A stretch of 64,000 nt of DNA from Chlorobaculum sp. (GTDB taxonomy: Bacteria; Bacteroidota; Chlorobiia; Chlorobiales; Chlorobiaceae), in the NCBI GenBank assembly GCA_035561035.1, contig DATMYI010000064.1:6414-70413 (forward strand), given 5' to 3'. The notes beneath the pieces were generated by a model that saw only the letters and a program-made list of their open reading frames with translations, ran no database searches and was not told the DNA's origin. Shown piece after piece: positions 41,362 through 53,255 of this stretch. Positions within the stretch are counted from its first letter, which is position 1. Each line of letters starts with the position of its first letter. The position numbers and the translations under genes are program-made.

Positions 41362-43485
41362 CTATCGCTCATACCGAATGTGTGGCATCACGCAAATATG
41401 ATCCGGCGGCAGGCCGAGTTGATAGCGCTCGTAGATCTGTTCATATGCCGCCTCGAAATGCCCCGTAAACAGATCGCTGTCGAACAACGGTGTGGAAAGC
41501 CGGTTTTTCTCAAGTGTACGCTTGATTCCTGAAAGCTTTTCAGGATTGTTGGCGAGTTCGATGGCCAGCGCCCCGTACTCTTCCATCGATGAGGTCACGA
41601 GTTCAGGTAAACGGATGGCGTTCAGCAGACTGGCCGCCACCCTGCCGGCGAACGACCGGCCGATACAGGTCAGTAACGGCAATCCGGCCCACAGTGCGTC
41701 GCTCGCCGTCGTGTGGGCGTTGCAGGGCAGGGTGTCGAGAAACAGATCGGCAGAGCGATGCCTCGCCAGATGTTCCGGGAGCGGCATGCGTTCGGCAAAG
41801 ACCAGCCTTCCGGCGTCAACGCCCCTCCGGACAGCTTCCTTTCGCAGATTGCCCGTAGCTCGCGGGTTATCCTCAAAAAGCCAGAGAACGCTGCCCTCCA
41901 CTCTTTCGAGAATCCTCATCCAGCAATCGAAGATGTCCGGCGTTATCTTGTAATTGTTGTTGAAGCAGCAGAATACGAAGCCTGTCGCCGGCAAACCCAG
42001 TTCCTGTCGGGTAAACATCTTTTCGGCGATCCGGCGTTTCGAGTCGTTTCCCTGATAGCTGTCAGGCAGATAGACTATTTTTTCCGTGTAGAACGGTTGA
42101 TGTTGTTCCGGGACAAGCGTATGATCGGCGATCAGATAATCGATGTATCCGGCTCCCATCGTGCCCGGATACCCCATGTAGCTAACCTGAACCGGTGCCG
42201 CACGGTACGCGAAAATGTCCGTACGGGAATCTTTGGTAAAGCCCTTCAGATCGACCGCGATATCGACCTCCTGTTCCCTCGACAACCCGGCGACCTCCTG
42301 ATCCGATGCTTTTCCGACATCGATAAAACGGTCGAAAGCCGGAACGACCCTCTTTCTCATCTCATCCTCCTGCAGGTCGGGGCCGAACGAAAACGCGATA
42401 ATCTCGAACCTTGACCGATCATGTTTCTCGAACAATTCAGCCAGCCAGTACATGCTCGCATGGCTGTGATAATCCGCAGAGAAATAACCGATACGGATTT
42501 TATCGCGTCCCGGACGTTTCACGGTTTCCTGAAGCCCGGATCGCAATGGATGAGCCTTGTTCACATAATTCAATGAAACCTGCTGCAGGATCGATGAAGA
42601 GCCAATAATCGGAAGAACCTGAAATGGAGTGGCCGCCCGTTCATGGTTCGCTATTTTCGTCACCAGTCGATTCGACAGTTCATCAAGGGATGCCCAATCG
42701 CAAATCTTCATTTTCGAATACAGGTATGTCCCCAGTAGATAGTCGCCGTCAGGGTTCAAAGCCAGGGCCCTGCCGAAACTTTCAGCAGCCGGTTCCATCT
42801 GTTTGAGTTCTCCGAGAATGTTGCCCCGATTGAACCAGGCTTCGGCGAAATCAGGCCTTATCGCTATCGCCTTCCCGTAACTCCCGACCGCCGTCTCCAA
42901 CTCCCCGAGTTCGCCCAGCGCAACGCCGAGGTTGAACCAGGCTTCGGCATAATCAGGCCTTATCGTTATCGCCCTCCTGTAGCTCCCGACCGCCGGCTCC
43001 AGCTCCTTCAGTTCGACCAGCACAACACCGCGGTTCGACCAGGCCTCGGCATAATCGGGCTTGAGCGCTATCGCCCGGTCATAACTCTCGACCGACAGGC
43101 TCAACTGTCTGAGTCCATGATACGCAAGGCCCCGGTTCAGCCATGCTTCGGCATAATCGGGCTTGAGCGCAAGCGCACGGTCATAACTGGCTATGGCTGC
43201 TTCCAGTTGCCCGAGCTCCTTAAGCGCCAGGCCACGGTTGAAATAACACCCGGCATCGTGAGGAAACGATGCGACAGCCTTATCCATCAGATCGACAGCA
43301 CGCTGGAACTGTTGTGTCTGGGCAGCTATGACGCCGAGCAGATGGAGTGCGTCGAAGTGATCGGGTGTGACTTTCAGTATCTCTTCATAGATGCTTTGAG
43401 CCTGGGCGAGTTGAGCTTTTTGATGAAAATCAATGGCCCTCGTTAACAGCCCGTCGGTCATGTCGGTTGAAGACTTCGATACCAT
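41362..43485 (-). CDS. O-linked GlcNAc transferase (GT41) with 7 TPRs, tandem paralogue
   Basis: 7 TPRs; RIGYFSADYHSHA, FCCFNNNYKI, DLFLDTLPCNAHTTASDALWAG; start at 43485 or 43461. Confidence 0.92.
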   Translation of the reverse strand: MVSKSSTDMTDGLLTRAIDFHQKAQLAQAQSIYEEILKVTPDHFDALHLLGVIAAQTQQFQRAVDLMDKAVASFPHDAGCYFNRGLALKELGQLEAAIASYDRALALKPDYAEAWLNRGLAYHGLRQLSLSVESYDRAIALKPDYAEAWSNRGVVLVELKELEPAVGSYRRAITIRPDYAEAWFNLGVALGELGELETAVGSYGKAIAIRPDFAEAWFNRGNILGELKQMEPAAESFGRALALNPDGDYLLGTYLYSKMKICDWASLDELSNRLVTKIANHERAATPFQVLPIIGSSSILQQVSLNYVNKAHPLRSGLQETVKRPGRDKIRIGYFSADYHSHASMYWLAELFEKHDRSRFEIIAFSFGPDLQEDEMRKRVVPAFDRFIDVGKASDQEVAGLSREQEVDIAVDLKGFTKDSRTDIFAYRAAPVQVSYMGYPGTMGAGYIDYLIADHTLVPEQHQPFYTEKIVYLPDSYQGNDSKRRIAEKMFTRQELGLPATGFVFCCFNNNYKITPDIFDCWMRILERVEGSVLWLFEDNPRATGNLRKEAVRRGVDAGRLVFAERMPLPEHLARHRSADLFLDTLPCNAHTTASDALWAGLPLLTCIGRSFAGRVAASLLNAIRLPELVTSSMEEYGALAIELANNPEKLSGIKRTLEKNRLSTPLFDSDLFTGHFEAAYEQIYERYQLGLPPDHICVMPHIRYER

Positions 43486-43825
43486 GGTTCAATTGCAATA
43501 CCGGATCATGCCGGACATCGGAAAACTGACACAGTGAGGGAATGACATTCCTGACCGGCTCCCATAAAACATTTCAAACGATGCGGATACGAGCGGCGGT
43601 GGCGTCGCCGGCCGCAAAGGCCGTGGCAACAAAGCCATTCGGATGCGCTATTATTAACGTAACATTATCACCGAACAAAAAGAATCAAAACGCTCGAAAT
43701 AGAGCATTTCGTGCATTGCACCCTTACCTGGCCGGGTTCTTGAAGTGAACGGTGAAGCTTCCGGAGGTTCAGGGTGGATCAGGTGAAAAACAGGAGCTGC
43801 CAGTTCGGTTGCTGAACCGGCAGGG

Positions 43826-45634
43826 TCAGTGAATGCGCACTTCGACCGGATCGATGGCGAGAACCTGGGGGGAATCCGACCGCAGCAGCAGGCGCGCCGT
43901 CCCCATGTCGGTCTGTTGACCGAAAGGCAGGAGGCCCTGCACCGACTCCCTTGCCAGACGTACCGATATCTTCGTCGCCAACTCTTCTATCTCACCCGCC
44001 AGCAGATAATCGACCCAGGTTTTGCGGGTCGGCAGATAGATCAACTGAGCCGCTTTCGTGGTATCCATGCGGGCGATCCGCCTGGCTTCGCCGACGGCAT
44101 CGTTCAGTCCGCCGATCCTGTCGACGAGCCTTAGCGCAAGCGCACGCCGGCCCGTCCACACCCTGCCTCCGGCAACGGCTTCGACCTGTTCCGGAGTCAT
44201 CTTTCTCCGGGCCGCCACCTTGCCGGTGAAGTCACGGTATATTTCACCCGAGGTATCGACGAACTTCCGGAATGAGGCGTCGTCGAGCGGCTTGAAAGGA
44301 GTATAGGAATCGGCGAACTTTCCCCTTGAGACGACCTCCCGGTGCACACCGGTCTTCTCGAGCAGGCCGCTGAAGTCCGGCTTGAGGGCGAAAACACCGA
44401 TCGAACCGGTAATGGTCAAAGGTTCGGCATAAATCCTGTCGGCAGCAAGGGCCACCATGTAGCCGCCGGATGCCGCCACGCCGGACATCGAGGCCACCAT
44501 CGGTTTTCTGGCCTTTGCCTCGTCGAGCAGTTCGAGCATGGATGACGAGGCTAGGGCATCTCCTCCCGGGCTGTCGATCCTGAGCACGATCGCCTTGACG
44601 TTGCTGTCGTCGATTGCGGTCTCGATCGCCTGTTTCAGCGAGGCCACATCGATGCCCTCGCCATCGGCCATACCGCCGACACCTTCCAAACTGACGATCG
44701 TCCCGGCGATATTGATCACGGCGATGCGATCACCGGTTCCGCCGGGCTTCATCCCACCGGTCGATTCAAGATAATCACCCCCTCCGACGAAAAGATCGTG
44801 CGCAGGTTTTCCGGATTTCTGCTCGTAGCCCTTCTCGAACTGCCGGAAGGTGGCGACCCGGTCGATGAGACGGAGGCTGAGCGCTTTTTCGGGCGAGAGC
44901 ACGGCCAGCGAATCGATGATGGCTGCGAATGCGTCCCTGCCGATGCCGCGGCGGCGGGAGACATAGTCGAGGTAATCCGCCCATGAGTCGTCGAGCAACG
45001 CATTGACCTCTTCCCGGAATTCAGGGCTGGCCGAACTTCTGGTGAAGGGCTCGATACCGCTCTTGTACTTTTTCCACTGGGCCGCCTGGAACCCGATACC
45101 GAGCTTTTTGAGCGGATCGGCAAAGAAGAAAAGCTCAGCCTTGAGCCCGTCGAGCAGCAGCCATGAACCTTTCTGCACAACCACCGAATCGCAGGCTGCG
45201 GCGAGCATGTAATCCTTGTCCTCCGGACTGCGCATGAACGCAACCACCTTTCTGCCGGATCTCCTGACGCCGTCGATGGAGCTCCGAAGCTCCTGTATCT
45301 TCGCGGATGAGGCGTTCAGACCGTCGATTTCCAGCACAACAGATTCAACCCTGCGGTCCGTTCGAGCCCGATCCAGCACCGTCAGCATCTCCTCGAGCGA
45401 GAGCGGCTTTCGGGTGGCATTGAACGGGAATGCGGCAGATTCGGACGGACGCTCGTCGATCCTGCCGCTTACGGGCATCCGGAGCACGAATCGGTCAGGC
45501 AGCCTTTTCCCCCATATATGGAGCAGCGTGGCCAGACCCACCAATACCAGAACGGCAATGATCACTGTCAGGCATCCGGTCCTGAAGCATCCGCGTTTAT
45601 TTTTATTCCCTTCCATGGTTTTCCTTTCGATCAT
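43826..45634 (-). CDS. sppA: Signal peptide peptidase SppA (protease IV, 67K type)
   Basis: Two S49 domains; KYKSGIEPF, LRIDSPGG, VAASGGY, ITGSIGV, GRVWTG. Confidence 0.92.
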   Translation of the reverse strand: MIERKTMEGNKNKRGCFRTGCLTVIIAVLVLVGLATLLHIWGKRLPDRFVLRMPVSGRIDERPSESAAFPFNATRKPLSLEEMLTVLDRARTDRRVESVVLEIDGLNASSAKIQELRSSIDGVRRSGRKVVAFMRSPEDKDYMLAAACDSVVVQKGSWLLLDGLKAELFFFADPLKKLGIGFQAAQWKKYKSGIEPFTRSSASPEFREEVNALLDDSWADYLDYVSRRRGIGRDAFAAIIDSLAVLSPEKALSLRLIDRVATFRQFEKGYEQKSGKPAHDLFVGGGDYLESTGGMKPGGTGDRIAVINIAGTIVSLEGVGGMADGEGIDVASLKQAIETAIDDSNVKAIVLRIDSPGGDALASSSMLELLDEAKARKPMVASMSGVAASGGYMVALAADRIYAEPLTITGSIGVFALKPDFSGLLEKTGVHREVVSRGKFADSYTPFKPLDDASFRKFVDTSGEIYRDFTGKVAARRKMTPEQVEAVAGGRVWTGRRALALRLVDRIGGLNDAVGEARRIARMDTTKAAQLIYLPTRKTWVDYLLAGEIEELATKISVRLARESVQGLLPFGQQTDMGTARLLLRSDSPQVLAIDPVEVRIH

Positions 45635-45638
45635 GAAA

Positions 45639-46622
45639 TCACTCGCAAAGCAGGCAGCTCACCCTGTGGCCCGGATCGTCCTTCAACGGCAACAGCTCCG
45701 GCCCACGCTTACGGCACTCATCTTTGGCATAGGGACACCGGGGATGGAAACTGCATCCTGTGGTGATCGACATCGGGCCGGGCAGATCGCCTTTCAGGAC
45801 GATGCGCTCCCGGTGCCGGCCGAGCTCGGGCATCGGAATGGCCGACAGCAGCGCCTGGGTGTAGGGGTGCCTGGGGTTGGCATAAAGCGTTTCTCCATCC
45901 GCGATCTCGACGATCCTGCCGAGGTACATCACAGCCACACGGTCGGAGATGTACTCGACCACCGAAAGATCGTGGGCGATGAACAGGTAGGTCAGGCCGA
46001 ACTCGCGCTGCAGGTCCTTGAGCAGGTTGATGATCTGCGACTGGATCGACACATCGAGCGCCGAAACGGGCTCGTCGCAGATGATGAAAGAGGGATTGAC
46101 GGCCAGAGCCCTTGCGATGCCGACCCGTTGGCGCTGGCCTCCGGAAAATTCATGCGGATAGCGATCGGCATACTCCCTGTTGAGACCGACCGTATCGAGC
46201 AACTCGCGGATTTTGGACGTCGTGGCCGCACGTCCTCTGGTGACTCCGTGCACCCTGAGCACCTCGCCGAGCATCTGTCCGACCGTCAGCCTTGGATTGA
46301 GAGAACCGTACGGATCCTGGAAGATCATCTGCATCTCCTTGCGCAACGGCCTGAACCGGCGGTTGTCGAGGGTGGTGATGTCGCGACCGCGGAACACGAT
46401 CTTCCCGCCCTTCGATGGCTGGACCAGGCGGACGATCGCCCTTCCGAGCGTCGTCTTGCCGCACCCCGATTCACCCACAAGACCGAGGGTTTCACCCTTC
46501 ATGACCTCGAACGACACTCCGTTGACCGCCTTGGCGAACGTTCCGGCACTGAACAATCCAGCTTTCCTTACAGGGAAATGTACCTTCAGACCGCTGACCG
46601 ACAGGATCTCTTCATGCTGCAT
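45639..46622 (-). CDS. Oligo/dipeptide ABC transporter ATP-binding subunit (OppF/DppF-like)
   Basis: GESGCGKT, FQDP, YPHEFSGGQRQR, DEPVSALD, HPYTQALL, CSFHPRC. Confidence 0.93.
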   Translation of the reverse strand: MQHEEILSVSGLKVHFPVRKAGLFSAGTFAKAVNGVSFEVMKGETLGLVGESGCGKTTLGRAIVRLVQPSKGGKIVFRGRDITTLDNRRFRPLRKEMQMIFQDPYGSLNPRLTVGQMLGEVLRVHGVTRGRAATTSKIRELLDTVGLNREYADRYPHEFSGGQRQRVGIARALAVNPSFIICDEPVSALDVSIQSQIINLLKDLQREFGLTYLFIAHDLSVVEYISDRVAVMYLGRIVEIADGETLYANPRHPYTQALLSAIPMPELGRHRERIVLKGDLPGPMSITTGCSFHPRCPYAKDECRKRGPELLPLKDDPGHRVSCLLCE

Positions 46623-46724
46623 TGGCTCTCGTCTCTGTTTCTCATAATTTTTGCTATACTAATATACAAGCTTAATCATCCAATCAAAGGGCACCGCCAT
46701 CTACAGGGAGAGCACCGTATTATT

Positions 46725-47456
46725 TTGAACACCCGCGACCAACATAAAGGCACGCTCTATGTCGTAGCCACTCCCCTCGGCAATCTCGATGACATGACCT
46801 TCAGGGCGGTAACCACGCTCCGCGAAGCCGGGGTGATCGCCTGTGAAGACACAAGGCACACCTCCATCCTGCTCCGGCACTTCGGCATCCAGGGCAAAAA
46901 ACTGCTCAGCTACCACAGCTTCAACGAAGAGCGCGCCGTCGGCCAGGTCTGCGCGCTGCTCGAAGAGGGCACCGACGTGGCCATGGTCACCGATGCCGGC
47001 ACGCCGGGCATCAGTGATCCCGGATACACGATGGCCAATGCTGTCCATGCCAGAGGGTTCGGCATCGTTCCGGTGCCGGGACCCAGCGCGCTGACGGCCG
47101 CGCTGTCGGTCTGTCCACTGCCGGTCAGCAGCTTTTTCTTCGCCGGGTTCCTTCCCCACAAAAAGGGGCGGAAAACCCGTCTCGAATTCCTGGCGTCGCT
47201 GGACAGCACCGTCGTCCTCTATGAGTCGCCCCACAGGATCTGCCGGCTTTTCGAGGAGCTGAAAACCAACTTTCCCGATGCGGAACTCTTCGTCGCCCGT
47301 GAAATCACCAAAATGCACGAAGAGTACATAGCCGGCACGCCCGACTCGTTGCTGGAACATTTTTCGAACGGCCGGACGCGTGGGGAATTTGTCGTGGTAG
47401 TGCACCCCGCCGGCAAACGGTCAAAACAGAAAAAAGAGTATGCAGATAATAACTGA
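46725..47456 (+). CDS. rsmI: 16S rRNA (C1402-2'-O)-methyltransferase
   Basis: TTG start at 46725; [46 protein letters not shown]. Confidence 0.93.
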   Translation: MNTRDQHKGTLYVVATPLGNLDDMTFRAVTTLREAGVIACEDTRHTSILLRHFGIQGKKLLSYHSFNEERAVGQVCALLEEGTDVAMVTDAGTPGISDPGYTMANAVHARGFGIVPVPGPSALTAALSVCPLPVSSFFFAGFLPHKKGRKTRLEFLASLDSTVVLYESPHRICRLFEELKTNFPDAELFVAREITKMHEEYIAGTPDSLLEHFSNGRTRGEFVVVVHPAGKRSKQKKEYADNN

Positions 47457-48294
47457 CCCCGCCGAGATGCAGTCGATCGCCGAAAGCCTCAGGCTCCAGC
47501 ATCAGTTCATCGGCGTCGTCATGACCATGGGGGCCCTGCACGAAGGACACCTCAGCCTGGTCAGGCTCGCCAAACAGAAAGCAGGCACCGTGATCATGAC
47601 CATCTTCGTCAACCCCACGCAGTTCGGACCGGACGAGGATTTCCACCGCTACCCGAGGCCGTTCGAACAGGACGCCGCACTCGCACGCTCTGCCGGAATA
47701 GACTATCTTTTCGTTCCAGCACCCGAACAGATGTACCCGGAAGGGTTCCGGACGACGATTGATCCCGGACCGGTTTCAAGCCTTTTCGAAGGACGGTCGA
47801 GGCCGGGCCATTTCAGCGGCGTGGCCACCGTCGTGGTCAAGCTGCTCAACATCACCCGGCCCCACATCGCCATATTCGGGGAAAAGGATGCCCAGCAGCT
47901 TGCTGTGGTCCGGAAGGTCGCCTGCGACCTGAACATCGGGACGACGATCATCGGCGCCCCGATCGCCCGTGAGAACGACGGACTGGCGACAAGTTCCCGC
48001 AACATCTACCTCTCTTCGGGGGAACGCGAACAGGCCACCGTGCTTTACCGCGCCATCCGCTATTCCGAACAGGAGACCGGCGGCGGCAGAAACGATCTCG
48101 ATGCCATTGCCGGTGAGGCCGAATCGATGATCCGTTCGGCCCCGGATGCTGTGCCGGACTACGTCTGCTTCGTCGACGACGACACCTTCGAGCCGGCAGA
48201 AAAGGCTGTTCCGGGAAAAGCATACCGGCTGGTCATGGCCGTACGCGTCGGCAAGACCCGTCTTATAGACAACTGGAGGTTCGTCTGCCCCTGA
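47440..48294 (+). CDS. panC: Pantoate--beta-alanine ligase
   Basis: [38 protein letters not shown]. Confidence 0.96.
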   Translation: MQIITDPAEMQSIAESLRLQHQFIGVVMTMGALHEGHLSLVRLAKQKAGTVIMTIFVNPTQFGPDEDFHRYPRPFEQDAALARSAGIDYLFVPAPEQMYPEGFRTTIDPGPVSSLFEGRSRPGHFSGVATVVVKLLNITRPHIAIFGEKDAQQLAVVRKVACDLNIGTTIIGAPIARENDGLATSSRNIYLSSGEREQATVLYRAIRYSEQETGGGRNDLDAIAGEAESMIRSAPDAVPDYVCFVDDDTFEPAEKAVPGKAYRLVMAVRVGKTRLIDNWRFVCP

Positions 48295-48523
48295 TCATTG
48301 AATGCCGCCCGGTTCTGCGGGGATGGCGGCGTCCGGATCCCGACAGATTAATGGAGAGCATCCCTACTGGAAGGCAAGATATTTATATTATATTACTGGA
48401 CTTTTTAATTTTTGAATTCGTTTCGACCGTGAACGGCGTTCGAGCCCTGATAATTACAGAGGCACGGCATCGGCCAGAAGGTTCACCGAAGATGTTCATC
48501 ATCACTAACTTCAACTGATTTCC

Positions 48524-50710
48524 ATGTTTATCAAAAAAGAGATCGATCTTGGTCTGGGTAAAAAAATCACGATCGAAACCGGGAAAATGGCAAAACAGGC
48601 CGACGGTGCCGCAGTCGTAAGTCTTCACGACACCATGGTGATCGCCACGGTCGTATCGAGCAAGACACCACCATCACCGAACCAGGACTTTTTCCCCCTC
48701 CAGGTAGAATACCGCGAAAAATATTCGGCGGCCGGCAAGTTTCCAGGCGGCTTCTTCAAGCGCGAAGGACGCCCTTCGGAAAAGGAGATCCTTTCTGCCA
48801 GACTGATCGACCGTGCGCTTCGCCCCCTTTTCCCTGACGGCTACCTCCAGGAAACCCAGATCATCATTTCCGTCATTTCGTCCGACACGATCAATGACGC
48901 CGACGTGCTCGGCGGCATCGCCGCTTCGGCAGCCATCATGGTTTCGGACGTTCCTTTCGCGAACCCGATGTCGGAAGTTCGCGTCGGACGCATCAACGGC
49001 CAGTTCATCATCAATCCCGACACCCACGAGCTGGCTGACAGCGACCTCGACATCTGCATCGGCGGCACCGAGGACACCATCTGCATGCTCGAAGGCGAAA
49101 TGAAGGAGATCTCCGAAGCCGACATGCTCGAAGCCATCAAGCACGGACATGAAGCGATCAAGAAGATCTGTCGCCTCCAGAAAGAGCTCGCCGCCGAAGT
49201 CGCAAAAACCAAACGTCCCTTCACCCCCGTCCTTCCCCCTGCCGAACTTGTCGCCGTCGTAGAGGAACTCTGCGCCGCACAGCTCAAGGAGCTGGCCTAT
49301 ACGCCGCTCGCAAAGGAGGAGCGCGCAGACCGTACCAAGGCCATCTACAAGGATACCATCAAGAAAACCGTCGCCCACTTCAACGCATTCGTCACCGCCG
49401 ACGATATCGCGGCCGACCCTTCGAAAGCGCTCTGCCTCAACGAGCACATGATCGACGACTGCATCCACTCCGTCGAAAAGAAGATGATGCGCCACATGAT
49501 CCTCGACGACAAGAAACGCCTCGACGGCAGGACCCTCGACCAGGTCCGCCCGATCAGCATCGAACTCGGCCTCATCCCGAGAGCCCACGGTTCGGCGCTC
49601 TTCACGCGCGGCGAAACCCAGGCGCTGGTCACCCTGACCCTCGGCACCAAGAAAGACGCACAGTCGGTCGACACCCTGACGGACGACCGCGACAAGCGCT
49701 TCATGCTGCACTACAACTTCCCGCCCTTCTCGGTCGGTGAGACCGGCAGGCTCGGTGGAACCGGACGCCGCGAAATCGGCCACGGCAACCTCGCCGAACG
49801 CTCCATCAGGATGGTCATGCCTCCCGAACAGGAGTTCCCGTACACCGTTCGTATCGTTTCCGACATCCTCGAGTCCAACGGCTCTTCGTCGATGGCATCG
49901 GTCTGCGGCGGCACGCTTGCGGCGCTCGACGGGGGCGTACCGCTGAAGAAGTCGGTCTCCGGCATCGCCATGGGACTGATCAAGGAAGGTGCCGACTACG
50001 CCGTGCTCTCCGACATTCTCGGCAACGAGGACCATCTCGGCGACATGGACTTCAAGGTCTCCGGCACCCGTGACGGCATCACCGCCTGCCAGATGGACAT
50101 CAAGATCGACGGCCTCGATTACCACATCCTCGAAAGCGCGCTCGAACAGGCACGCAGGGGCCGCCTGCACATCCTCGACATCATGAACGAGGCCATTCCC
50201 GAAGCACGTCAGGACATCGGCAAATACGCCCCGCGCCTGACCACCATCCAGATCCCTGTCGATGCGATCGGCATGGTCATCGGCAAGGGTGGCGAAACCA
50301 TCAGGAGCATCACCGAGGAGACCGGCGCCGAGATCAACATCGAGGACGACGGTACGGTCACCATCGCCTGCTCGAGCCCGGAAGGCACCGCCGCCGCAGT
50401 CGAGACGATCAAGATCCTCATCTCGAAACCCGAAGTCGGCACCATCTACATGGGCAAGGTCCGCGACATCCGCGACGAACTCGGCGCATTCGTGGAGTTC
50501 CTGCCGAAGACCGACGGTCTGGTGCATATCTCCGAGATTTCACGCGAGCGCATCGCAAAGGTCAGCGATGTGCTGAAACCCGGCGACAAGGTGAGGGTCA
50601 AGCTGATCGACGTGCGCAAGGATCCGCGCACCGGCAAGACCAAGTTCGCACTCTCCATGAGAGCCCTGCTCGAAACAGAAGGAGCAGAAGCCCCGGCCGA
50701 GCGCAACTGA
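48524..50710 (+). CDS. pnp: Polyribonucleotide nucleotidyltransferase
   Basis: [46 protein letters not shown] and S1 domains. Confidence 0.97.
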   Translation: MFIKKEIDLGLGKKITIETGKMAKQADGAAVVSLHDTMVIATVVSSKTPPSPNQDFFPLQVEYREKYSAAGKFPGGFFKREGRPSEKEILSARLIDRALRPLFPDGYLQETQIIISVISSDTINDADVLGGIAASAAIMVSDVPFANPMSEVRVGRINGQFIINPDTHELADSDLDICIGGTEDTICMLEGEMKEISEADMLEAIKHGHEAIKKICRLQKELAAEVAKTKRPFTPVLPPAELVAVVEELCAAQLKELAYTPLAKEERADRTKAIYKDTIKKTVAHFNAFVTADDIAADPSKALCLNEHMIDDCIHSVEKKMMRHMILDDKKRLDGRTLDQVRPISIELGLIPRAHGSALFTRGETQALVTLTLGTKKDAQSVDTLTDDRDKRFMLHYNFPPFSVGETGRLGGTGRREIGHGNLAERSIRMVMPPEQEFPYTVRIVSDILESNGSSSMASVCGGTLAALDGGVPLKKSVSGIAMGLIKEGADYAVLSDILGNEDHLGDMDFKVSGTRDGITACQMDIKIDGLDYHILESALEQARRGRLHILDIMNEAIPEARQDIGKYAPRLTTIQIPVDAIGMVIGKGGETIRSITEETGAEINIEDDGTVTIACSSPEGTAAAVETIKILISKPEVGTIYMGKVRDIRDELGAFVEFLPKTDGLVHISEISRERIAKVSDVLKPGDKVRVKLIDVRKDPRTGKTKFALSMRALLETEGAEAPAERN

Positions 50711-50729
50711 CGGGCCCATAACGAAACAG

Positions 50730-50771
50730 AAGGCAGTGCAGGGGATCAAGAATCACTGCACTGCCTTTTTT
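50730..50771 (+). terminator. Intrinsic terminator after pnp
   Basis: AAGGCAGTGCAG...CTGCACTGCCTTTTTT. Confidence 0.75.
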
Positions 50772-50834
50772 CTTTCCCGGCCGAGGATTATTTTCACTGG
50801 CTATTCTTGAACCCGACTTTAGAGAAACTGCATC

Positions 50835-53255
50835 ATGAGGTACGATTTTTCAGCGACAGAAAAGAAATGGCAGGCGCGCTGGGCGGAACAGAACACCTTC
50901 GCCACAGGCACTGACCAGAACCGACCCAAATATTATGTGCTCGACATGTTCCCCTATCCGAGCGGATCGGGTCTGCATGTAGGCCATCTCGAAGGCTACA
51001 CGGCTTCCGACATCATCGCGCGCTACAAACGGTGCCGCGGCTTCAACGTGCTGCACCCGATGGGCTGGGACGCCTTCGGCCTGCCCGCGGAACAGTTCGC
51101 CATCAAGACAGGCACCCATCCGAGGCTCACCACCGAAATCAACATCGCGAGCTTCAGGGAAACCCTCAAGAGCATGGGCTTCTCCTACGACTGGGATCGC
51201 GAGGTGAATACGACCGACCCCGGCTACTTCAAGTGGACCCAGTGGATATTCCTGAAGCTCCATGAGATGGGCCTGGCCTACATGTCGGAAATCGACGTCA
51301 ACTGGTGCGAAGAGCTCAAGGTGGTGCTTGCCAACGAAGAGGTCGACGAAAAGCTCGCCGACGGCTATACGGTCGTGAGAAAGCCGCTCAGGCAGTGGGT
51401 GCTGAAGATCACCGCCTACGCCGAACGCCTGCTCGAAGACCTGGAGGGCCTCGACTGGCCGGAAAACGTCAAGCAGATGCAGCGCAACTGGATCGGCCGC
51501 TCCGAAGGGGTCGAGATCGATTTCGAGCTCCCCTGCCACAAGACGAACCTCAGGGTCTACACCACCCGTCCGGACACTCTCTTCGGAGCCACCTACCTGG
51601 TCATTTCGCCCGAACACCCGATGGCCGAAAAACTGGCCGTGGCACAGCAGCTTTCGGCAGTCAGAAGCTACATCGAGCAGGCAAGGCTGAAGACCGAACT
51701 CGAAAGAACCGGCCTGCAGAAGGATAAAACCGGCGTCTTCACCGGCTCCTATGCCGTCAACCCGGCCAATGGCGAAGCCCTGCCCGTCTGGATCTCGGAC
51801 TTCGTCCTGACCAGCTACGGCACCGGCGCCATCATGTCCGTACCGGCTCACGACAGCCGTGACTGGGAGTTCGCAAAGAAATTCGACCTCCCGATCAGAG
51901 AGGTCGTCAAAAGCCCGCACGACGTCCAGGAGGCGGTGTACGAAGCCAAGGAGAGCATCAGTGTCAACTCGTCGAACGACGAGGTCAGCATCGACGGCCT
52001 CCAGTTCAAGGCGGCCTTCGACCGCATGGCCACATGGCTCGAGTCGAAAGGCAAAGGGAAGCGGACCGTCAACTACAGGCTCAGGGACTGGATATTCAGC
52101 CGCCAGAGGTACTGGGGCGAACCGATCCCGATAAAGCACTACGAAGACGGAACGATGCGCCAAGAGAGCTCCCTTCCGCTTACCCTGCCCGAGGTGGAAG
52201 CCTATCATCCGACCTCGACCGGCGAATCACCGCTGGCCAACATCGCCGAATGGCTCAACGGAGCCGACGAGTACGGGAGTTTCCGTCGCGAAACCAACAC
52301 CATGCCGCAATGGGCCGGCAGCTGCTGGTACTACCTCCGCTTCATCGATCCGGCAAACGGCGAAAAGCTCATCGAGCCGGCAAGGGAGCGTTACTGGATG
52401 AACGTCGACCTCTACATCGGCGGCGCCGAACACGCCGTGTTGCACCTGCTCTATTCGAGGTTCTGGCACAAGGTGCTTTACGACCTTGGCGTGGTTAGCA
52501 CCAAAGAGCCTTTCCAGCGACTCTTCAACCAGGGCATGATTCTCGGTGAAGACAACGAAAAGATGTCGAAGTCGCGCGGCAACGTCATCCCAGCCGACCT
52601 TGTGCTGGGAAATTACGGAGCGGATGCCGTCAGGCTTTACGAGATGTTCCTCGGACCGCTCGAACAGGTCAAGCCATGGAACACCAACGGCATCGAGGGC
52701 ATCAGCAGGTTCCTCGGCAAAGTCTGGAGACTGGTCTACGCCGAAAACGAAACGACGCCGAGAACAACCGGCGACACACCTGGCGACGCGATCCTGAAAC
52801 GGATGCACAAAGCCATCAGGAAAGTCACCGAAGACGTCGATCAGCTGAAGTTCAACACGGCAATCTCCGAGATGATGGTTCTGGTCAACGAACTTCACAA
52901 AGCGGGCTGCTACAGCCGACAAGCTGTGGAAACCGTGCTGTTGCTGCTTTCGCCATTCGCGCCGCACATCACCGAAGAGCTCTGGAGTACGCTGGGCCAC
53001 GGACAGTCGATCAGTGGAGCCACATGGCCGCTCTTCGACCCGGCGCTCGCCAGAGACGACGTCGCGACCATAGCCGTTCAGGTCAACGGCAAACTCAGGG
53101 GCACCTTCGACGCACCGGTCGATTGCCCGAAAGAGTTGTTGCTCGAAAAGGCAAAAAAACTCGAAAGCGTAGGAAAGTTCCTTGAAGGACAATCGATCGT
53201 CAAAGAGATCGTTGTGCCCGGAAAGCTGGTCAATTTCGCCGTAAAGCCTCTGTAA
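50835..53255 (+). CDS. leuS: Leucine--tRNA ligase
   Basis: MFPYPSGSGLHVGH, YTTRPDT, SRQRYWGEPIP, KMSKS. Confidence 0.97.
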   Translation: MRYDFSATEKKWQARWAEQNTFATGTDQNRPKYYVLDMFPYPSGSGLHVGHLEGYTASDIIARYKRCRGFNVLHPMGWDAFGLPAEQFAIKTGTHPRLTTEINIASFRETLKSMGFSYDWDREVNTTDPGYFKWTQWIFLKLHEMGLAYMSEIDVNWCEELKVVLANEEVDEKLADGYTVVRKPLRQWVLKITAYAERLLEDLEGLDWPENVKQMQRNWIGRSEGVEIDFELPCHKTNLRVYTTRPDTLFGATYLVISPEHPMAEKLAVAQQLSAVRSYIEQARLKTELERTGLQKDKTGVFTGSYAVNPANGEALPVWISDFVLTSYGTGAIMSVPAHDSRDWEFAKKFDLPIREVVKSPHDVQEAVYEAKESISVNSSNDEVSIDGLQFKAAFDRMATWLESKGKGKRTVNYRLRDWIFSRQRYWGEPIPIKHYEDGTMRQESSLPLTLPEVEAYHPTSTGESPLANIAEWLNGADEYGSFRRETNTMPQWAGSCWYYLRFIDPANGEKLIEPARERYWMNVDLYIGGAEHAVLHLLYSRFWHKVLYDLGVVSTKEPFQRLFNQGMILGEDNEKMSKSRGNVIPADLVLGNYGADAVRLYEMFLGPLEQVKPWNTNGIEGISRFLGKVWRLVYAENETTPRTTGDTPGDAILKRMHKAIRKVTEDVDQLKFNTAISEMMVLVNELHKAGCYSRQAVETVLLLLSPFAPHITEELWSTLGHGQSISGATWPLFDPALARDDVATIAVQVNGKLRGTFDAPVDCPKELLLEKAKKLESVGKFLEGQSIVKEIVVPGKLVNFAVKPL

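Noticed and set aside
45216-46724. 746-aa ORF suggesting a long N-terminal fusion to RsmI
   Set aside because: The upstream part is the antisense shadow of the ABC ATPase and sppA genes; RsmI homology begins near 46725
48425-48500. Possible autoregulatory stem-loop in the pnp leader (GTGAAC...GTTCAC/GTTCAT)
   Set aside because: Pairing is short and ambiguous by eye; cannot be supported without folding and conservation data
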